64,000 nucleotides of DNA from positions 1-64,000 of the IMG/VR virus record IMGVR_UViG_3300036832_001149. One strand, 5' to 3'. The position numbers were made by a program, and so were the translations under genes. This DNA is from a virus. The notes below the pieces were generated by a model. It was not told the DNA's origin. It saw nothing but the letters and a program-made list of their open reading frames with translations, and ran no database searches. Positions 1 to 10,042 of this stretch are shown in pieces (position 1 is the stretch's first letter; every line of letters begins with the position of its first letter).

Positions 1-8
1 AGAAGTCG

Positions 9-1700
9 ATGGCCCACGCGACCCGCGACTTCGTCCACTCCGAGTCGGAGTACATCAAGTCGGTGGCCGAGTCGCTGGACCCGTGGGCCCAGGTCCAGGC
101 CCGGTCGACCACCGACGCCCAGCAGGCGCTGGCCAACATCGACCAGCAGAACAAGATGTTCGCCCAGGCCGGGCAGCAACTGGACCAACTGCGCAAGATG
201 GGCCTGAATCAGAACGTCATCGACGTGCTCGGGCTGTCCGACCCGAAGAACATGCAGCAGTTGAACCGCTTCTTCACCGACGTGGCGGCCAGCCCGGACC
301 TGGTCGGGGCCTTCAACGAATCCATCAAGGGGCGGCTGGACTGGACGGCCGGACTGGCCACCAACGAGTCCTCCACCCAGTGGCAGGCGATGGAGTACCA
401 GTTCAACACGGCGGCCAGCGACGCGGCCGACTCCTTCACCACCACCAGCGACCGGGCCCAGGCCGCGTTCGAGAAGCAGCAGACCCGCTCGGAGACCGCC
501 TTCGACAAGATGCTGGGCCGTAACGCCACCGACTTCCAGACGATGACCCAGCAGTCCCAGGCCGACTTCGCGCTCCAGATGGCCAACATGGCCTCGGACT
601 ACGAGACCTCGGTCCAGCGCTCGCTCAGCGCCGTCAACGACTTCGCCAACGAGGCGTACGGCACCAACGACCAGATCATGTCGGCGGCGATGGCGACCGC
701 CTCGGGGAACATGAAGATCTTCTTCCAGAACATCTCCGACGCCTACGGGGTCATGAAGTCCGGGGTCGATGCCGCCTCGGCCGGGGCCATCGCGGCGGCC
801 GCCGGTGGCTCCCCCGCCCTGGGCACGGCGAACAACCGGAACGCCACAGCCGGGACGCTGGGCTACAACGAGTCCGGTCAGGTCGGCACCTATGACGCCA
901 GTGGCAAGTTCAGCCCGTACACCGGTTTCGTCGGCCAGGCCCTGGCCAACTCGCTGCCCCAGATCGCCAACCCGACGACGGCCAGCAACGCCATCGACGC
1001 CAATACGGCCAACATGACCGTGTCCGACCACATGGCGATCATGAAGAAGGCCCTGGCCATCGCCGGGATGGAGGTCTCGGCGGCCAACCTGAACATGCTC
1101 GACATCCTGATCAGCCACGAATCGGGCTGGAACCCGAATGCGATCAACCTGTGGGACTCCAACGCCAAGGCCGGACACCCGAGCCAGGGGCTGATGCAGA
1201 CCATCCCCTCGACGTTCGAGGGCAACCGGGACAAGCGGCTGCCCGACTCCATCACCAACCCGATAGCCAACATGGTGGCCGGGTTGAACTACGTCAAGAA
1301 CCGCTACGGTTCTCTGGGCAACCTGGCCGGGGAGAAGAGTGTGGCCCACGGTGGTCCCTGGATCGGCTACGCGGCCGGTGGACTGTTCAACGCCCCGAAG
1401 AACATCCAGGTCGGTGAGGCGGGCCCGGAGATGGTGCTGCCGCTGAACAACCGAGGGGTCGACTTCCTGCTCTCGGTGTCCCGGCAACTGAACAACGACG
1501 GCTGGGCCGCCCGCAACTCCAACCAGTATGCGAGCCGGGTGGCCCCGTCCATCTCCACCACCACGGTCGACTCCTCGACCAACTTCACCGGCCCGGTCAC
1601 CGTCCAGGCCCAGGACCCGAACGCGATGGCCGACGCCCTGAAGCAGAAGGCCCGGATGATGGCGCTGACGCGCCCTGACATGGTCTCGGGGCTGGTATGA
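9..1700 (+). CDS. Tape measure protein, C-terminal part, with lytic transglycosylase (SLT) domain; begins before the window
   Basis: Ala/Gln-rich helical region, then HESGWNPNAINLWDSNAKAGHPSQGLMQTIPSTF (SLT motif) and YAAGG...VGEAGPEMVLPL typical of TMP C-termini; precedes tail genes. Confidence 0.9.
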   Translation: MAHATRDFVHSESEYIKSVAESLDPWAQVQARSTTDAQQALANIDQQNKMFAQAGQQLDQLRKMGLNQNVIDVLGLSDPKNMQQLNRFFTDVAASPDLVGAFNESIKGRLDWTAGLATNESSTQWQAMEYQFNTAASDAADSFTTTSDRAQAAFEKQQTRSETAFDKMLGRNATDFQTMTQQSQADFALQMANMASDYETSVQRSLSAVNDFANEAYGTNDQIMSAAMATASGNMKIFFQNISDAYGVMKSGVDAASAGAIAAAAGGSPALGTANNRNATAGTLGYNESGQVGTYDASGKFSPYTGFVGQALANSLPQIANPTTASNAIDANTANMTVSDHMAIMKKALAIAGMEVSAANLNMLDILISHESGWNPNAINLWDSNAKAGHPSQGLMQTIPSTFEGNRDKRLPDSITNPIANMVAGLNYVKNRYGSLGNLAGEKSVAHGGPWIGYAAGGLFNAPKNIQVGEAGPEMVLPLNNRGVDFLLSVSRQLNNDGWAARNSNQYASRVAPSISTTTVDSSTNFTGPVTVQAQDPNAMADALKQKARMMALTRPDMVSGLV

Positions 1701-2206
1701 CCACTCCGTACGACGATTCCCTGCCCGCCGTCGTCATCAGCGGCGGTGATGCCGCTCCGGCCCGCACGGAGGGTGATTTCGTCTTCGCCTGCCGGATGAC
1801 CGGGCCGCAGGGCTGGATCAACCTGGACGACCACGAGCGCTACATCGTCGGGGCGGAATCCTTCGCCACCTCGGCCACCACCTGGCGGCGGGTCCAGGTC
1901 CAGGGACCCTACGTGGCGGGCAAGTTCACCGTCTCGGCCGTGCCCGACCAGGTGACCGAGAACGTCACGGTGTACGTGCTGGGCAGCAGCCAGAGTGATC
2001 TCCAGGCCAACCTGGCCGCCCTGATCGACGCGGTCAGCCAGCCCTACTTCCAGTTCGTCTTCTCGATCGACGAGACCAGCTACATCTGGGACTGCGACTG
2101 CGCCGATTACACGGTGGCCTACACCACCGCCACCCTGAACGCCCGCCAGATCACCGTGAAGCTCCAGATCCTGCGGCATCCACTGCTCACGATGGGGACC
2201 GCCTGA
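1697..2206 (+). CDS. Minor tail protein (distal tail-like)
   Basis: ATGA overlap with TMP; synteny and size. Confidence 0.65.
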   Translation: MTTPYDDSLPAVVISGGDAAPARTEGDFVFACRMTGPQGWINLDDHERYIVGAESFATSATTWRRVQVQGPYVAGKFTVSAVPDQVTENVTVYVLGSSQSDLQANLAALIDAVSQPYFQFVFSIDETSYIWDCDCADYTVAYTTATLNARQITVKLQILRHPLLTMGTA

Positions 2207-2652
2207 TGACCAGCTTCGTGTCCAATGCCGGGGCGGCCCACGTGCTGGCCGTGCTGTTCGGGCGCACCGAGACGGCGTTGCCCAACTACTTCGTCGCCCT
2301 GTGCCAGCGGCTGCCCCAGATCAGCGACGCCGGGACGACCCTGGCCGAGCCGGGTCCGAGCAACGGCTACCAGCGGGTGATGCTGCCCAACTACGCCACC
2401 AGTTGGACCCTGTCCGGTTACAACGAGGCGGTCAACGCCATCGACCTCGTCTGGCCCACGGTGACCGACGACTGGGGAAAGCTAACGTCCTTCGCCATCA
2501 CCGATTCCCAGGAGGTCGGCACCGGACGGCTGCTGATCAGCGGACTGCTCAGCCCGCCGTTGCAGCCGCAACTGCTGACCCAGTTGCGGGTCCGGGCCGG
2601 GCAACTGGTCATCAACGCATCCTCGATGACCCCGAGCTATCAACCGACATGA
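2206..2652 (+). CDS. Minor tail protein
   Basis: YFVAL...EP...GYQRV...N...WPTVTDDWG...FAITD pattern of small phage tail proteins; coupled to previous gene. Confidence 0.65.
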   Translation: MTSFVSNAGAAHVLAVLFGRTETALPNYFVALCQRLPQISDAGTTLAEPGPSNGYQRVMLPNYATSWTLSGYNEAVNAIDLVWPTVTDDWGKLTSFAITDSQEVGTGRLLISGLLSPPLQPQLLTQLRVRAGQLVINASSMTPSYQPT

Positions 2653-3809
2653 GTGGTGGCATCTGGGGCACCGGCACCTGGGGGGTCGATGTCTGGGGCA
2701 CCCCGGTCATCGTTCCGCCGGACCCGGGCACCGCCCCGCCCGGGTCGGCCGGGGTCGGGCAGCCCGGTGGCAGCGGCTACACCGGGATCGGCGTCGTGGC
2801 CACCATCGAGTTGGGCGCGTCGATGATGATCACCCAGATGATCCAGTACGCCCCGCCCCCGCCCCAGGTGATCCCGCTGCGCAACTACCGCTCGGTGATG
2901 GACTCCTTCCGGGTACTGGGCGGCAAGCCGGTCGCCCCGCCGGTGATCGACGTGTCCATCCCGGTCGGGGTGACGGTCGGGCTGACCCAGGTGCCGGTGC
3001 CGAACTCCGCCCGGGCCCTGCCGCCGGACATCGACACCGGAGCCACCCTGCGCTGGTATGCCGACAGCTACTTCCTGCACTACTCCGGCAGCGGGCACGA
3101 GACCCAGTGGCTGGACACCGAGGGCGACGTGGCCTGGACGGCCTACGACACCTACCAGCCGGTGTTTGCCCCGGGCTACAACTACCTGATCCCGAGCCCG
3201 AACAGCGCCGAGTCGCTGACCCGACCGGCCCTGGTGTTCGACCCGACCCGGGGCACCTGCATGAACACCGATCTGTCCCTGGATGAGGTGAACAGCGTCG
3301 ATGACCTGGAATGGCTGATGGTGGTATGGAGCCACCCCCTGGCGGCCGGGGCCCAGGCCAGCACCATCCTGGACAACGGCGGACCGGTCCAGGGGCTCAT
3401 CGCCATGCCGTTCGCCGTGTCCGACTCGGTCGTCGGGATGCGCCAGGGGCTGTCCCGGTTCACCGGGGACGGGCTGTTGCTGTGGCAGGACCAGACCGGC
3501 TTCCCGATGTGGTGGGCCCAGATCAGCAACGGCCGCCCGGTCCTGGTCCGGGCCCGGTTCGGGGAACACCCGCTGTTGGAGTGCTGGGGGCCCAAGGGGA
3601 TACACATGGTCCACCGCAGCGTGCTCGACCAGCCCCGCCAGGCCCTGGCCTCCAACTACGTGCTGGGCCGGGAGTTCGGTCAGGTCTCGGCCCAGACCAA
3701 CGCCGGGATGCACCTGATGGAGATCAACTACTACGACCACGCCCTGGGCGATGACGAACTGGCCAGCGCCGTCCAGGCCCTCGACGCCTGTTATGCGGTG
3801 TCCTCGTGA
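2649..3809 (+). CDS. Minor tail protein
   Basis: Start MSGGIWG at ATGA overlap, inside ORF 2301..3809; tail-module synteny. Confidence 0.6.
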   Translation: MSGGIWGTGTWGVDVWGTPVIVPPDPGTAPPGSAGVGQPGGSGYTGIGVVATIELGASMMITQMIQYAPPPPQVIPLRNYRSVMDSFRVLGGKPVAPPVIDVSIPVGVTVGLTQVPVPNSARALPPDIDTGATLRWYADSYFLHYSGSGHETQWLDTEGDVAWTAYDTYQPVFAPGYNYLIPSPNSAESLTRPALVFDPTRGTCMNTDLSLDEVNSVDDLEWLMVVWSHPLAAGAQASTILDNGGPVQGLIAMPFAVSDSVVGMRQGLSRFTGDGLLLWQDQTGFPMWWAQISNGRPVLVRARFGEHPLLECWGPKGIHMVHRSVLDQPRQALASNYVLGREFGQVSAQTNAGMHLMEINYYDHALGDDELASAVQALDACYAVSS

Positions 3810-5995
3810 GCAGGCCGTGGACCCAGCAGGTGGTGGACCGCAGCGATGCCGGGAACCACCGGATCAAGATCACCGCGCCCGGCGGCAGTGCGATCGACGT
3901 CACCTACTTCCGGGGCATCCCGACCCAGTTGGGCAGCTATGCCTTCGGCGACCCGTTCGGGCCGTCGGTGGCCGCGATCGACTTCCCCCAGGTCAGCGTC
4001 TTCGACGCCGTCGGCGGGCCCGGGCTGGAGTGGTTGGTCGAGGGGGCCAATGTCGACATCCTGTGGGAGGAGCCGGACGGCAACCTCACCACGCTGTGGG
4101 AGGGCTTCATCGTCAGCCTGGCCTACAGCCAGGACGAGAACACCTCCAAGGTCTCGGTGCAGTGCAAGGGGGCGCTGTTCCAGGCCGACAACTTCGAGGC
4201 CTATCCGGAGTTCCCGCCGACCCCGATCCCCTACGAACTGTTGATCTACGAGGCGCTCAACCCCCTGCTCCGGCCGTCGTTGCGCACGGCTCCGCTGGTG
4301 ATCGAGTTCCCGGACGACTGGTCGACCGTGGTGCCCGCCTTCGGCGACGACCAGTACTACCTGCGCCCGTACGGGGTCACCCCGGGGGATAGGTGGACCG
4401 GCCTGTCCACCCGCAACACCGGGTCGTGGAACAAGGCACTGACCGGCCAGATCCAGGGCCTGCTGTCGTTGATGTTCACCGCCGACGGGTCGCAGTGGAC
4501 GGTGATGCTCGACCATGGCCGCACCCCTCAGCTACGGGTCCGGCCGGTCCTGTCCGAGCCGGACGAGAACACCCTGGAGGTCTGGGTCGGCCAGCCCGGG
4601 GTGGTGCTCAACCTGTCCGAGGACTGGACCCAGGCGGCCAACGTCTACTACGGCACGGGCACCGACACGTCCGGGGTGACCTACTCCAACACCCGGATCT
4701 CCAGCGACGGCACCCGTACCAGCTATGCCCCGTTCGCGGCCTCCCGCCAGGTCCACCCGTCCTCGATCCTGGTCAACCAGTCCTTCGACGCCTCGGTGAT
4801 GCGCCGGGAGACCCAGATCCAGTTCGACGGGGGGCTTTCCCCGTCGGCGGCGACCGGGGTGGCCCTGAACCAGTTGCAGCGCTCGGCCCATCCCGGCTAC
4901 ACCGGCAGCATCACCCTGAAGCTGGACCCGGCCTGCAACGACGTGACATTCTCCCGCTTCCTGATCCAACCCGGGATGTCGCTGCTGTTGCACGGCTTCA
5001 AGGGGATGCAGTCCGGTCTGTTGGTGCACATCGCCGAGGTCACCGTCAACATCGCCGAAGGATCACTGACACTCACGGTCGATTCCAAGTTCCGCGACCT
5101 GCTCACCATCCAGCAGGTCCAGGCCCGGTCCCGGGATGCGCTGTCCACGCTGCGGGCGTTGAAGCCGGGCAGCTTCTCCCCGGTCATCCAGGACCTGCGC
5201 CGACCGTGGAGCTACGCCGCCGGGTCCGGTGTGATCCCGTCCGCGCCGGGCGGGAAGGACCCGGACGCCACCGCGTTGTTCACCCAGCACGCCAGCGGCA
5301 GCGACACCTTCCCCTGGACCGACCTGACCACGGCGTACCCGCCGAAGTCCTACCCGCAGTTCTACATCGCCATCCCGCCCGCCTCGCCGGACTACAGCCA
5401 GAACTGGGCCCAGACGGTGGACCACTTCGGCATCCCGTGCCTGTTCGCCCAGGGCGGCACCATCCGGCTGACCCAGATCGCCGCCTACGACCAGGACGGC
5501 AAGGTGATGCCGATCCGCTTCCACGTCAGCGTCTACACCGCCAGCGGCATCAACCCGAGCAGCATGCCGATGGTTCCGGGGGCGGGACTGCCGGGCTATC
5601 TGGACAGCCTGGCCGGGCACGTCGGCCAGCACTACCCGTTCTTCCCGGGGGCATTCGAGACGGTCGATCCGAACGGTGCGCCCAAGGGCCCGGGCGATCT
5701 GACCATGAAACAGGACTCCATGATCACCGGCTGGGGCAACTACTACCAGGGGGCCGGGTACTACCCGAACCTGCAGACCGAGGGCGGCCAGCCGACCGGG
5801 ATGCTGGTCGACGAGACGACCTGGACCTTCGACACCACCAGCGACCCGAACTTCCAGTTGCGGCCGAACGAGAACTTCGCCCAGAACGCCGACTCCGGGC
5901 TGTTGTTCTTCATGATCTACGCCGAGAGCATCGTTCCGGGACAGTCGGTCTACTTCCTGGGCCGCTGCTTCCGGGCCGAGCCCGGCACCAGTTAG
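3806..5995 (+). CDS. Minor tail / baseplate hub-like protein (729 aa)
   Basis: Long ORF with host-like codon use, GTGA overlap, tail-module position. Confidence 0.65.
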   Translation: MSRPWTQQVVDRSDAGNHRIKITAPGGSAIDVTYFRGIPTQLGSYAFGDPFGPSVAAIDFPQVSVFDAVGGPGLEWLVEGANVDILWEEPDGNLTTLWEGFIVSLAYSQDENTSKVSVQCKGALFQADNFEAYPEFPPTPIPYELLIYEALNPLLRPSLRTAPLVIEFPDDWSTVVPAFGDDQYYLRPYGVTPGDRWTGLSTRNTGSWNKALTGQIQGLLSLMFTADGSQWTVMLDHGRTPQLRVRPVLSEPDENTLEVWVGQPGVVLNLSEDWTQAANVYYGTGTDTSGVTYSNTRISSDGTRTSYAPFAASRQVHPSSILVNQSFDASVMRRETQIQFDGGLSPSAATGVALNQLQRSAHPGYTGSITLKLDPACNDVTFSRFLIQPGMSLLLHGFKGMQSGLLVHIAEVTVNIAEGSLTLTVDSKFRDLLTIQQVQARSRDALSTLRALKPGSFSPVIQDLRRPWSYAAGSGVIPSAPGGKDPDATALFTQHASGSDTFPWTDLTTAYPPKSYPQFYIAIPPASPDYSQNWAQTVDHFGIPCLFAQGGTIRLTQIAAYDQDGKVMPIRFHVSVYTASGINPSSMPMVPGAGLPGYLDSLAGHVGQHYPFFPGAFETVDPNGAPKGPGDLTMKQDSMITGWGNYYQGAGYYPNLQTEGGQPTGMLVDETTWTFDTTSDPNFQLRPNENFAQNADSGLLFFMIYAESIVPGQSVYFLGRCFRAEPGTS

Positions 5996-6005
5996 GGGAT
6001 GAGAG

Positions 6006-6377
6006 ATGGACGGCGACGTCACCGACTGGCTGGTGGCCCAATGGCTCGGGTCCTTCACTCCGGCCTGGTTCAGCCTGCACGTGGCCAACCCGACCCGGGC
6101 GGGCGACATCGAGTCCGAGGTGGTCGGTGGCTCCTACACCCGGCTGACCGGTGGCTTCACCGCCTACGACGCGCGCACCATCTGGCTCGGGACCCCCCTG
6201 CTCTGGACCGGGATGCCTGCCGTGACGCCGACCTACGTCGGGGTCTGGAACGAGCAGTTCAACGGCCAGATGCTGGCCTCCGGGTCACTGCCCCAGCCGT
6301 ACCCGATAGTGGCCAGTGGGGCCTCGTTCGCCCTGGATGCCTACACATTCGCCATCTCGGTGGGACTGGCGGCCTGA
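6006..6377 (+). CDS. Minor tail protein, distantly similar to 2206..2652
   Basis: WFSLHVANP...EVVGGSYTR...VGVW motif. Confidence 0.6.
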   Translation: MDGDVTDWLVAQWLGSFTPAWFSLHVANPTRAGDIESEVVGGSYTRLTGGFTAYDARTIWLGTPLLWTGMPAVTPTYVGVWNEQFNGQMLASGSLPQPYPIVASGASFALDAYTFAISVGLAA

Positions 6378-6380
6378 TTT

Positions 6381-6430
6381 TGGGCATAAAAAAAGGACCC
6401 GGACCACCCCCTTCGGGGCGATCCGGGTCC
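6381..6430 (-). terminator. Intrinsic terminator at the convergence of tail and early blocks
   Basis: GGACCCGGA...TCCGGGTCC stem followed on the minus strand by TTTTTTTATGCCC. Confidence 0.8.
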
Positions 6431-6439
6431 AATTCGTGT

Positions 6440-6709
6440 TCACACCATTCTGAGTGGGAGTAGCACCAGGGTGATGTACGCCTCTCCATTCGACTGTATG
6501 ACCCATTCGGCTCGACCGACCTGAAAACTGGTCATCAGGTGATTTATCCCGACTGTCCCCGGGACCCCGGCCAGAGCGGGGTTCCAGAACGGCAGGGTGA
6601 TCATGTCGCCGAAGGCGGGAATGGTGGGAACCTCGATGCTCTCCAGCATCGGGAGGAGGTTCTTGCGGTCGATGTCCGGATATTCGGAGTAGTGCAGATG
6701 CACGATCAT
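6440..6709 (-). CDS. Hypothetical protein
   Basis: ORF in coupled minus-strand operon. Confidence 0.55.
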   Translation of the reverse strand: MIVHLHYSEYPDIDRKNLLPMLESIEVPTIPAFGDMITLPFWNPALAGVPGTVGINHLMTSFQVGRAEWVIQSNGEAYITLVLLPLRMV

Positions 6710-7116
6710 CCGACTTCCTCTTCCACTTCCTCCACCTCATCGGCGGGCCAGCCGCCCTGTTCGGCGGTCAGCAGTGATCCGACGATGAATCCGTCCATCC
6801 ACGAACCCATCATCCGTTGGCGCAGGTGCGGGTTGTTGTGGATGCCGGGGGCCAGGCGCATCAGCACGGCGTTGACCCGGCTGGTGGCCATGTAGTGCAT
6901 GGAATGCACATCGCCGCCCACCAGGGCGATGACCCCGGGGACGGCGCGTTCGGAATAGATGTCCTTGATGACGTCCATCGTTCGCGCGATGCGCGACATC
7001 AGGACGAAGGTCGGCCCGTCAGGGCGATGGGGGAATCTCGGGTCCGGTCGGGGCGGGCCCTGGTCGGCCAGTAGCTCGGCCCACACCTTCCGGGTCAACG
7101 GCGGTGGCTTTCTCAT
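6706..7116 (-). CDS. Hypothetical protein
   Basis: Start MRKPPP after AGGAGAC RBS. Confidence 0.55.
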   Translation of the reverse strand: MRKPPPLTRKVWAELLADQGPPRPDPRFPHRPDGPTFVLMSRIARTMDVIKDIYSERAVPGVIALVGGDVHSMHYMATSRVNAVLMRLAPGIHNNPHLRQRMMGSWMDGFIVGSLLTAEQGGWPADEVEEVEEEVG

Positions 7117-7531
7117 GAAGTCTCCTGACATCCTCGATCCCGAGCACCGTGACGGCCAGGTAGCCGTACGGGTGTTGCACCAACTGCATCTGGGCATCCG
7201 GTAGCCCCAGGTCGGTCAGGAGACGGTCCATCTCGCTCATGGCGGTCCGGATCGTCTCCCGCTGGTTGAGCACCTTCGAGCGCCGGGCCATCTCCTCATC
7301 CCAGGTCCGCAGGATCTCCCGGGAGGTCAGGGTCACGATCTCGTCCGGCCCGGCGTACTTCATGTCCAGCGCGCCGTGTTCCTTCTTCCAGCCGACGTAG
7401 ACCTCGCCCGCCTGGATCTGGCATAAGAATGACGTGCGTTCGGTTCGGCCCAGCACCGTCACCCGGGCCAGTTGGATGTCCCGTCCGGTGACGGCGTAGT
7501 CGTTGGCGAGCCGAATCTCGCTAGCCCTCAC
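7019..7531 (-). CDS. Hypothetical protein
   Basis: ORF with protein-like composition. Confidence 0.55.
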   Translation of the reverse strand: MRASEIRLANDYAVTGRDIQLARVTVLGRTERTSFLCQIQAGEVYVGWKKEHGALDMKYAGPDEIVTLTSREILRTWDEEMARRSKVLNQRETIRTAMSEMDRLLTDLGLPDAQMQLVQHPYGYLAVTVLGIEDVRRLHEKATAVDPEGVGRATGRPGPAPTGPEIPPSP

Positions 7532-7859
7532 GGTGCAGCCCCTGTCGCAGCGGCAGGGTTTCCAGCAGTGAGAGCCGGTCGAAGGAGACGTCCAGGTACC
7601 CCACCTGGGGATCGTCGCTGCCCTTCACCTTGATCAACACCCGGCAGCGCCAGTGCGGATCGGTCGGAAGGCCGTTCTTGTGCTCGTGGATGAGCAGTGG
7701 TTCCAGGACGTGCAGGCCGTCTGGGTCGGCCAGTCGGGCCAGTTCGTCCGGGTCCAGGGCCCGGTTGTACTCGGCCAGGATGGCCGCGTCGTTGATGGCG
7801 ATCAACTGCTCGGTGCTCGCCACCCGGTAGTGACTGTCGTGCTTCTGCACTGCTCTCAC
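7521..7859 (-). CDS. Hypothetical protein
   Basis: GTG after AAGGAGAAC. Confidence 0.55.
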   Translation of the reverse strand: MRAVQKHDSHYRVASTEQLIAINDAAILAEYNRALDPDELARLADPDGLHVLEPLLIHEHKNGLPTDPHWRCRVLIKVKGSDDPQVGYLDVSFDRLSLLETLPLRQGLHREG

Positions 7860-7885
7860 CGTTCTCCTTGTCGTTGTGTCGATGA

Positions 7886-8221
7886 CTACTTCGCGGAGCG
7901 GACCAAAGGCTCGCAGCCGTCGCATTCGCAGAACCACGGGCTCCACCAACGGGGATCTCCTTCTTCCAGCCACTTCATGTAGGTCGGGGTGATCGGGTGC
8001 TCGCTGATCTTCTCCAGGGCGTGTTTGGCGCAGACCGGATTGTCCTGGAACATCAGCAGCGGGACATCGTCCCGGTCCGTGTCATCGGCCCGCACCAGGG
8101 CGTCGCCGCAGACATGGCACAGGATGATCTTCGGGGCGGGCAGATCCGGGTAGCAGGTGGTGTAGTGCAGGAAGGACCGGAGGACCCAGTAGCGCTCGGG
8201 GACCTCGTCACTCCTGTCCAC
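7886..8221 (-). CDS. Hypothetical Cys-rich protein
   Basis: CHVC, CAKH and CECDGC motifs. Confidence 0.5.
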   Translation of the reverse strand: MDRSDEVPERYWVLRSFLHYTTCYPDLPAPKIILCHVCGDALVRADDTDRDDVPLLMFQDNPVCAKHALEKISEHPITPTYMKWLEEGDPRWWSPWFCECDGCEPLVRSAK

Positions 8222-8615
8222 GGTCGACCACCAGCTTCAGGGTGACCCCGTTGTTGCCCATCAGGCCCAGGACCATCGCGGCGGCCATCTCCTCGGTGAT
8301 CCCCACCGGCGGGATGGTGACCCCGGTCGGGAACTGCTGGTTGGCGTCGTTGGCGTCCGGATTGCTCATCCCGTACTCGTACTGGTAGGCCATCCCGGAC
8401 AGGAAACACCGGGTCATCAGGTCGGTGATCGCATTCGACATGATGGAGTTGGCCCGTTCCTCGTCGTCGGTGGGAACCTCCAGACTGGCCATGGTGTCGG
8501 TGAACACGCTCTGCATGGCCCGGTCTATGCGGTCGCTCTCGTCCGGGTCGAACTGGGACCGGTCGATATGGGTGATCAGGTCGCTTAACTCAGTGGAATC
8601 GTCCGGTTCGGACAT
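8208..8615 (-). CDS. Hypothetical acidic protein
   Basis: Start MSEPDD after AAGGAGACCC. Confidence 0.6.
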   Translation of the reverse strand: MSEPDDSTELSDLITHIDRSQFDPDESDRIDRAMQSVFTDTMASLEVPTDDEERANSIMSNAITDLMTRCFLSGMAYQYEYGMSNPDANDANQQFPTGVTIPPVGITEEMAAAMVLGLMGNNGVTLKLVVDRGQE

Positions 8616-8774
8616 GGGTCTCCTTGGGTGGATGAGGGTGGAGCAAAGGGTCGCGCGCGTCGCGCAGGTCGTGAGGGACAAGCCCACACCATTCCGGGGC
8701 CGGTTTCGCGCCTTGCCGCTTGGAGAACACTTTTCGCGGTTTGACGCGACGCGCGCTGGTCTGGAAAAACAGGA

Positions 8775-8803
8775 AACCCGCCCCCCAGGGTAGGGGGACG
8801 GGC
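8775..8803 (-). terminator. Probable terminator
   Basis: CCCG-CCCCC / GGGGG-CGGG hairpin followed by TTTCCTGTTTTT on the minus strand. Confidence 0.55.
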
Positions 8804-8808
8804 TGCGC

Positions 8809-9576
8809 TCATATAGCGGTGTACTTGGTGTGTCCGGATAGCCCCGAGGTGGGGCTGACGTACCTGGCGTCGGCGATGTCTTGCACGTAGTGCGACACCA
8901 ACCTCCAGTGCTCCCAGAGCGGTGCTCGGTCATCGGCCAGTGCGTCCGACTCAGCTTCATAGCTTTCGGCGAACGCCGTGTCGTGATTGCCGTCGTAATT
9001 GCCGAGCATCATGATCACACGCAGGTGTGCCTCCCACGGTCGGTCGAAGCCGACCCGGCGTGCCTCCAACACCAGGTTCCTATCCCACTCGGGATCGGAT
9101 CGCCGGATGACCGGCCGGATCACGTCCCGGTTGTAGTGGGTTACGTCCTGGTGCGGGAGAGATGCTTGCCCCCGGTAACGGGGGGTGGGCCTGATGTGGC
9201 AGTATTTCGAGGCGATCTTGACGTAGACGTTCTTCTGCTGCTCATCGGCCGGGTTCATGGACATGTACCGGAAGATGTCGTCACGGAACTTCAGTACCTT
9301 GCTCGCATGGCGTCCCCGGAACACCGGGACCTTGCGGGAACTGATCTCCTCGCCGTTCTCGTCGTACCTGGTGGGTGGGTCCGCCCAGTGGTCGAATACC
9401 GGGTCCCAGGTCTCCAGAGCCACACACACAGCCTCGATGAGGCTCTGCTGTAGTCCTTTCTCGCTATCGGACAGGTCGACCTCGATGGTCGGTTTGTCCT
9501 CGTATTGCGCTTTCTGATACGCCATCGTGTAACCGATGGGGATATGCCGGTCCGGCAGATAGTTGGTGCGCGGCAT
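8809..9576 (-). CDS. Hypothetical protein (255 aa) with its own promoter
   Basis: Start MPRTNY after GGAGAACACCG. Confidence 0.65.
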   Translation of the reverse strand: MPRTNYLPDRHIPIGYTMAYQKAQYEDKPTIEVDLSDSEKGLQQSLIEAVCVALETWDPVFDHWADPPTRYDENGEEISSRKVPVFRGRHASKVLKFRDDIFRYMSMNPADEQQKNVYVKIASKYCHIRPTPRYRGQASLPHQDVTHYNRDVIRPVIRRSDPEWDRNLVLEARRVGFDRPWEAHLRVIMMLGNYDGNHDTAFAESYEAESDALADDRAPLWEHWRLVSHYVQDIADARYVSPTSGLSGHTKYTAI

Positions 9577-9627
9577 CGGTGTTCTCCAATCGTGCAGGGT
9601 AGTAGCGCACACTATGTGCGTAATGTG

Positions 9628-9639
9628 ATTATACCACAA
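9628..9639 (-). promoter_or_regulatory. Extended -10 promoter TGTGG-TATAAT
   Basis: Consensus SigA -10 with TG extension upstream of 8809..9576. Confidence 0.7.
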
Positions 9640-9709
9640 TGGATAGTAGAAGGGCTGCCGCCCAACCCCATGAGCCTGGAGGTGGAACGGCAGCCACTTC
9701 TATCGTGTC

Positions 9710-10042
9710 CTACTCCGAGGAGATCGGAGCTTCTTCTTCTACCGGTTCCAGCCAACCGTCGGCCGGGCGGTAGTTGAACAGCCCACCGGCCATCGGCCGG
9801 AACTCGGCGAAGACCACGTGTTCGGCCTTGGACTGCGGGGTGCTGAAGTGCACGCCGTACCCGGGATCGGACCCCCAGCCCGGGCCGTAGCCCTCACAGG
9901 TGATCACGTCCCCGACCGACAACTGCTGCTGCCAGCCCTGGTGGGCATTGGGGTGCAGACGCATGGGAATCATGCCGTCCAGATACCCCGCCTTGAGCAA
10001 CCGGAACTTCTTCCCCTTCGGCCAGTCGCTACTGGTCGTCAT
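9710..10042 (-). CDS. Hypothetical protein
   Basis: ORF MTTSSDWPKG overlapping the ATPase stop. Confidence 0.55.
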   Translation of the reverse strand: MTTSSDWPKGKKFRLLKAGYLDGMIPMRLHPNAHQGWQQQLSVGDVITCEGYGPGWGSDPGYGVHFSTPQSKAEHVVFAEFRPMAGGLFNYRPADGWLEPVEEEAPISSE

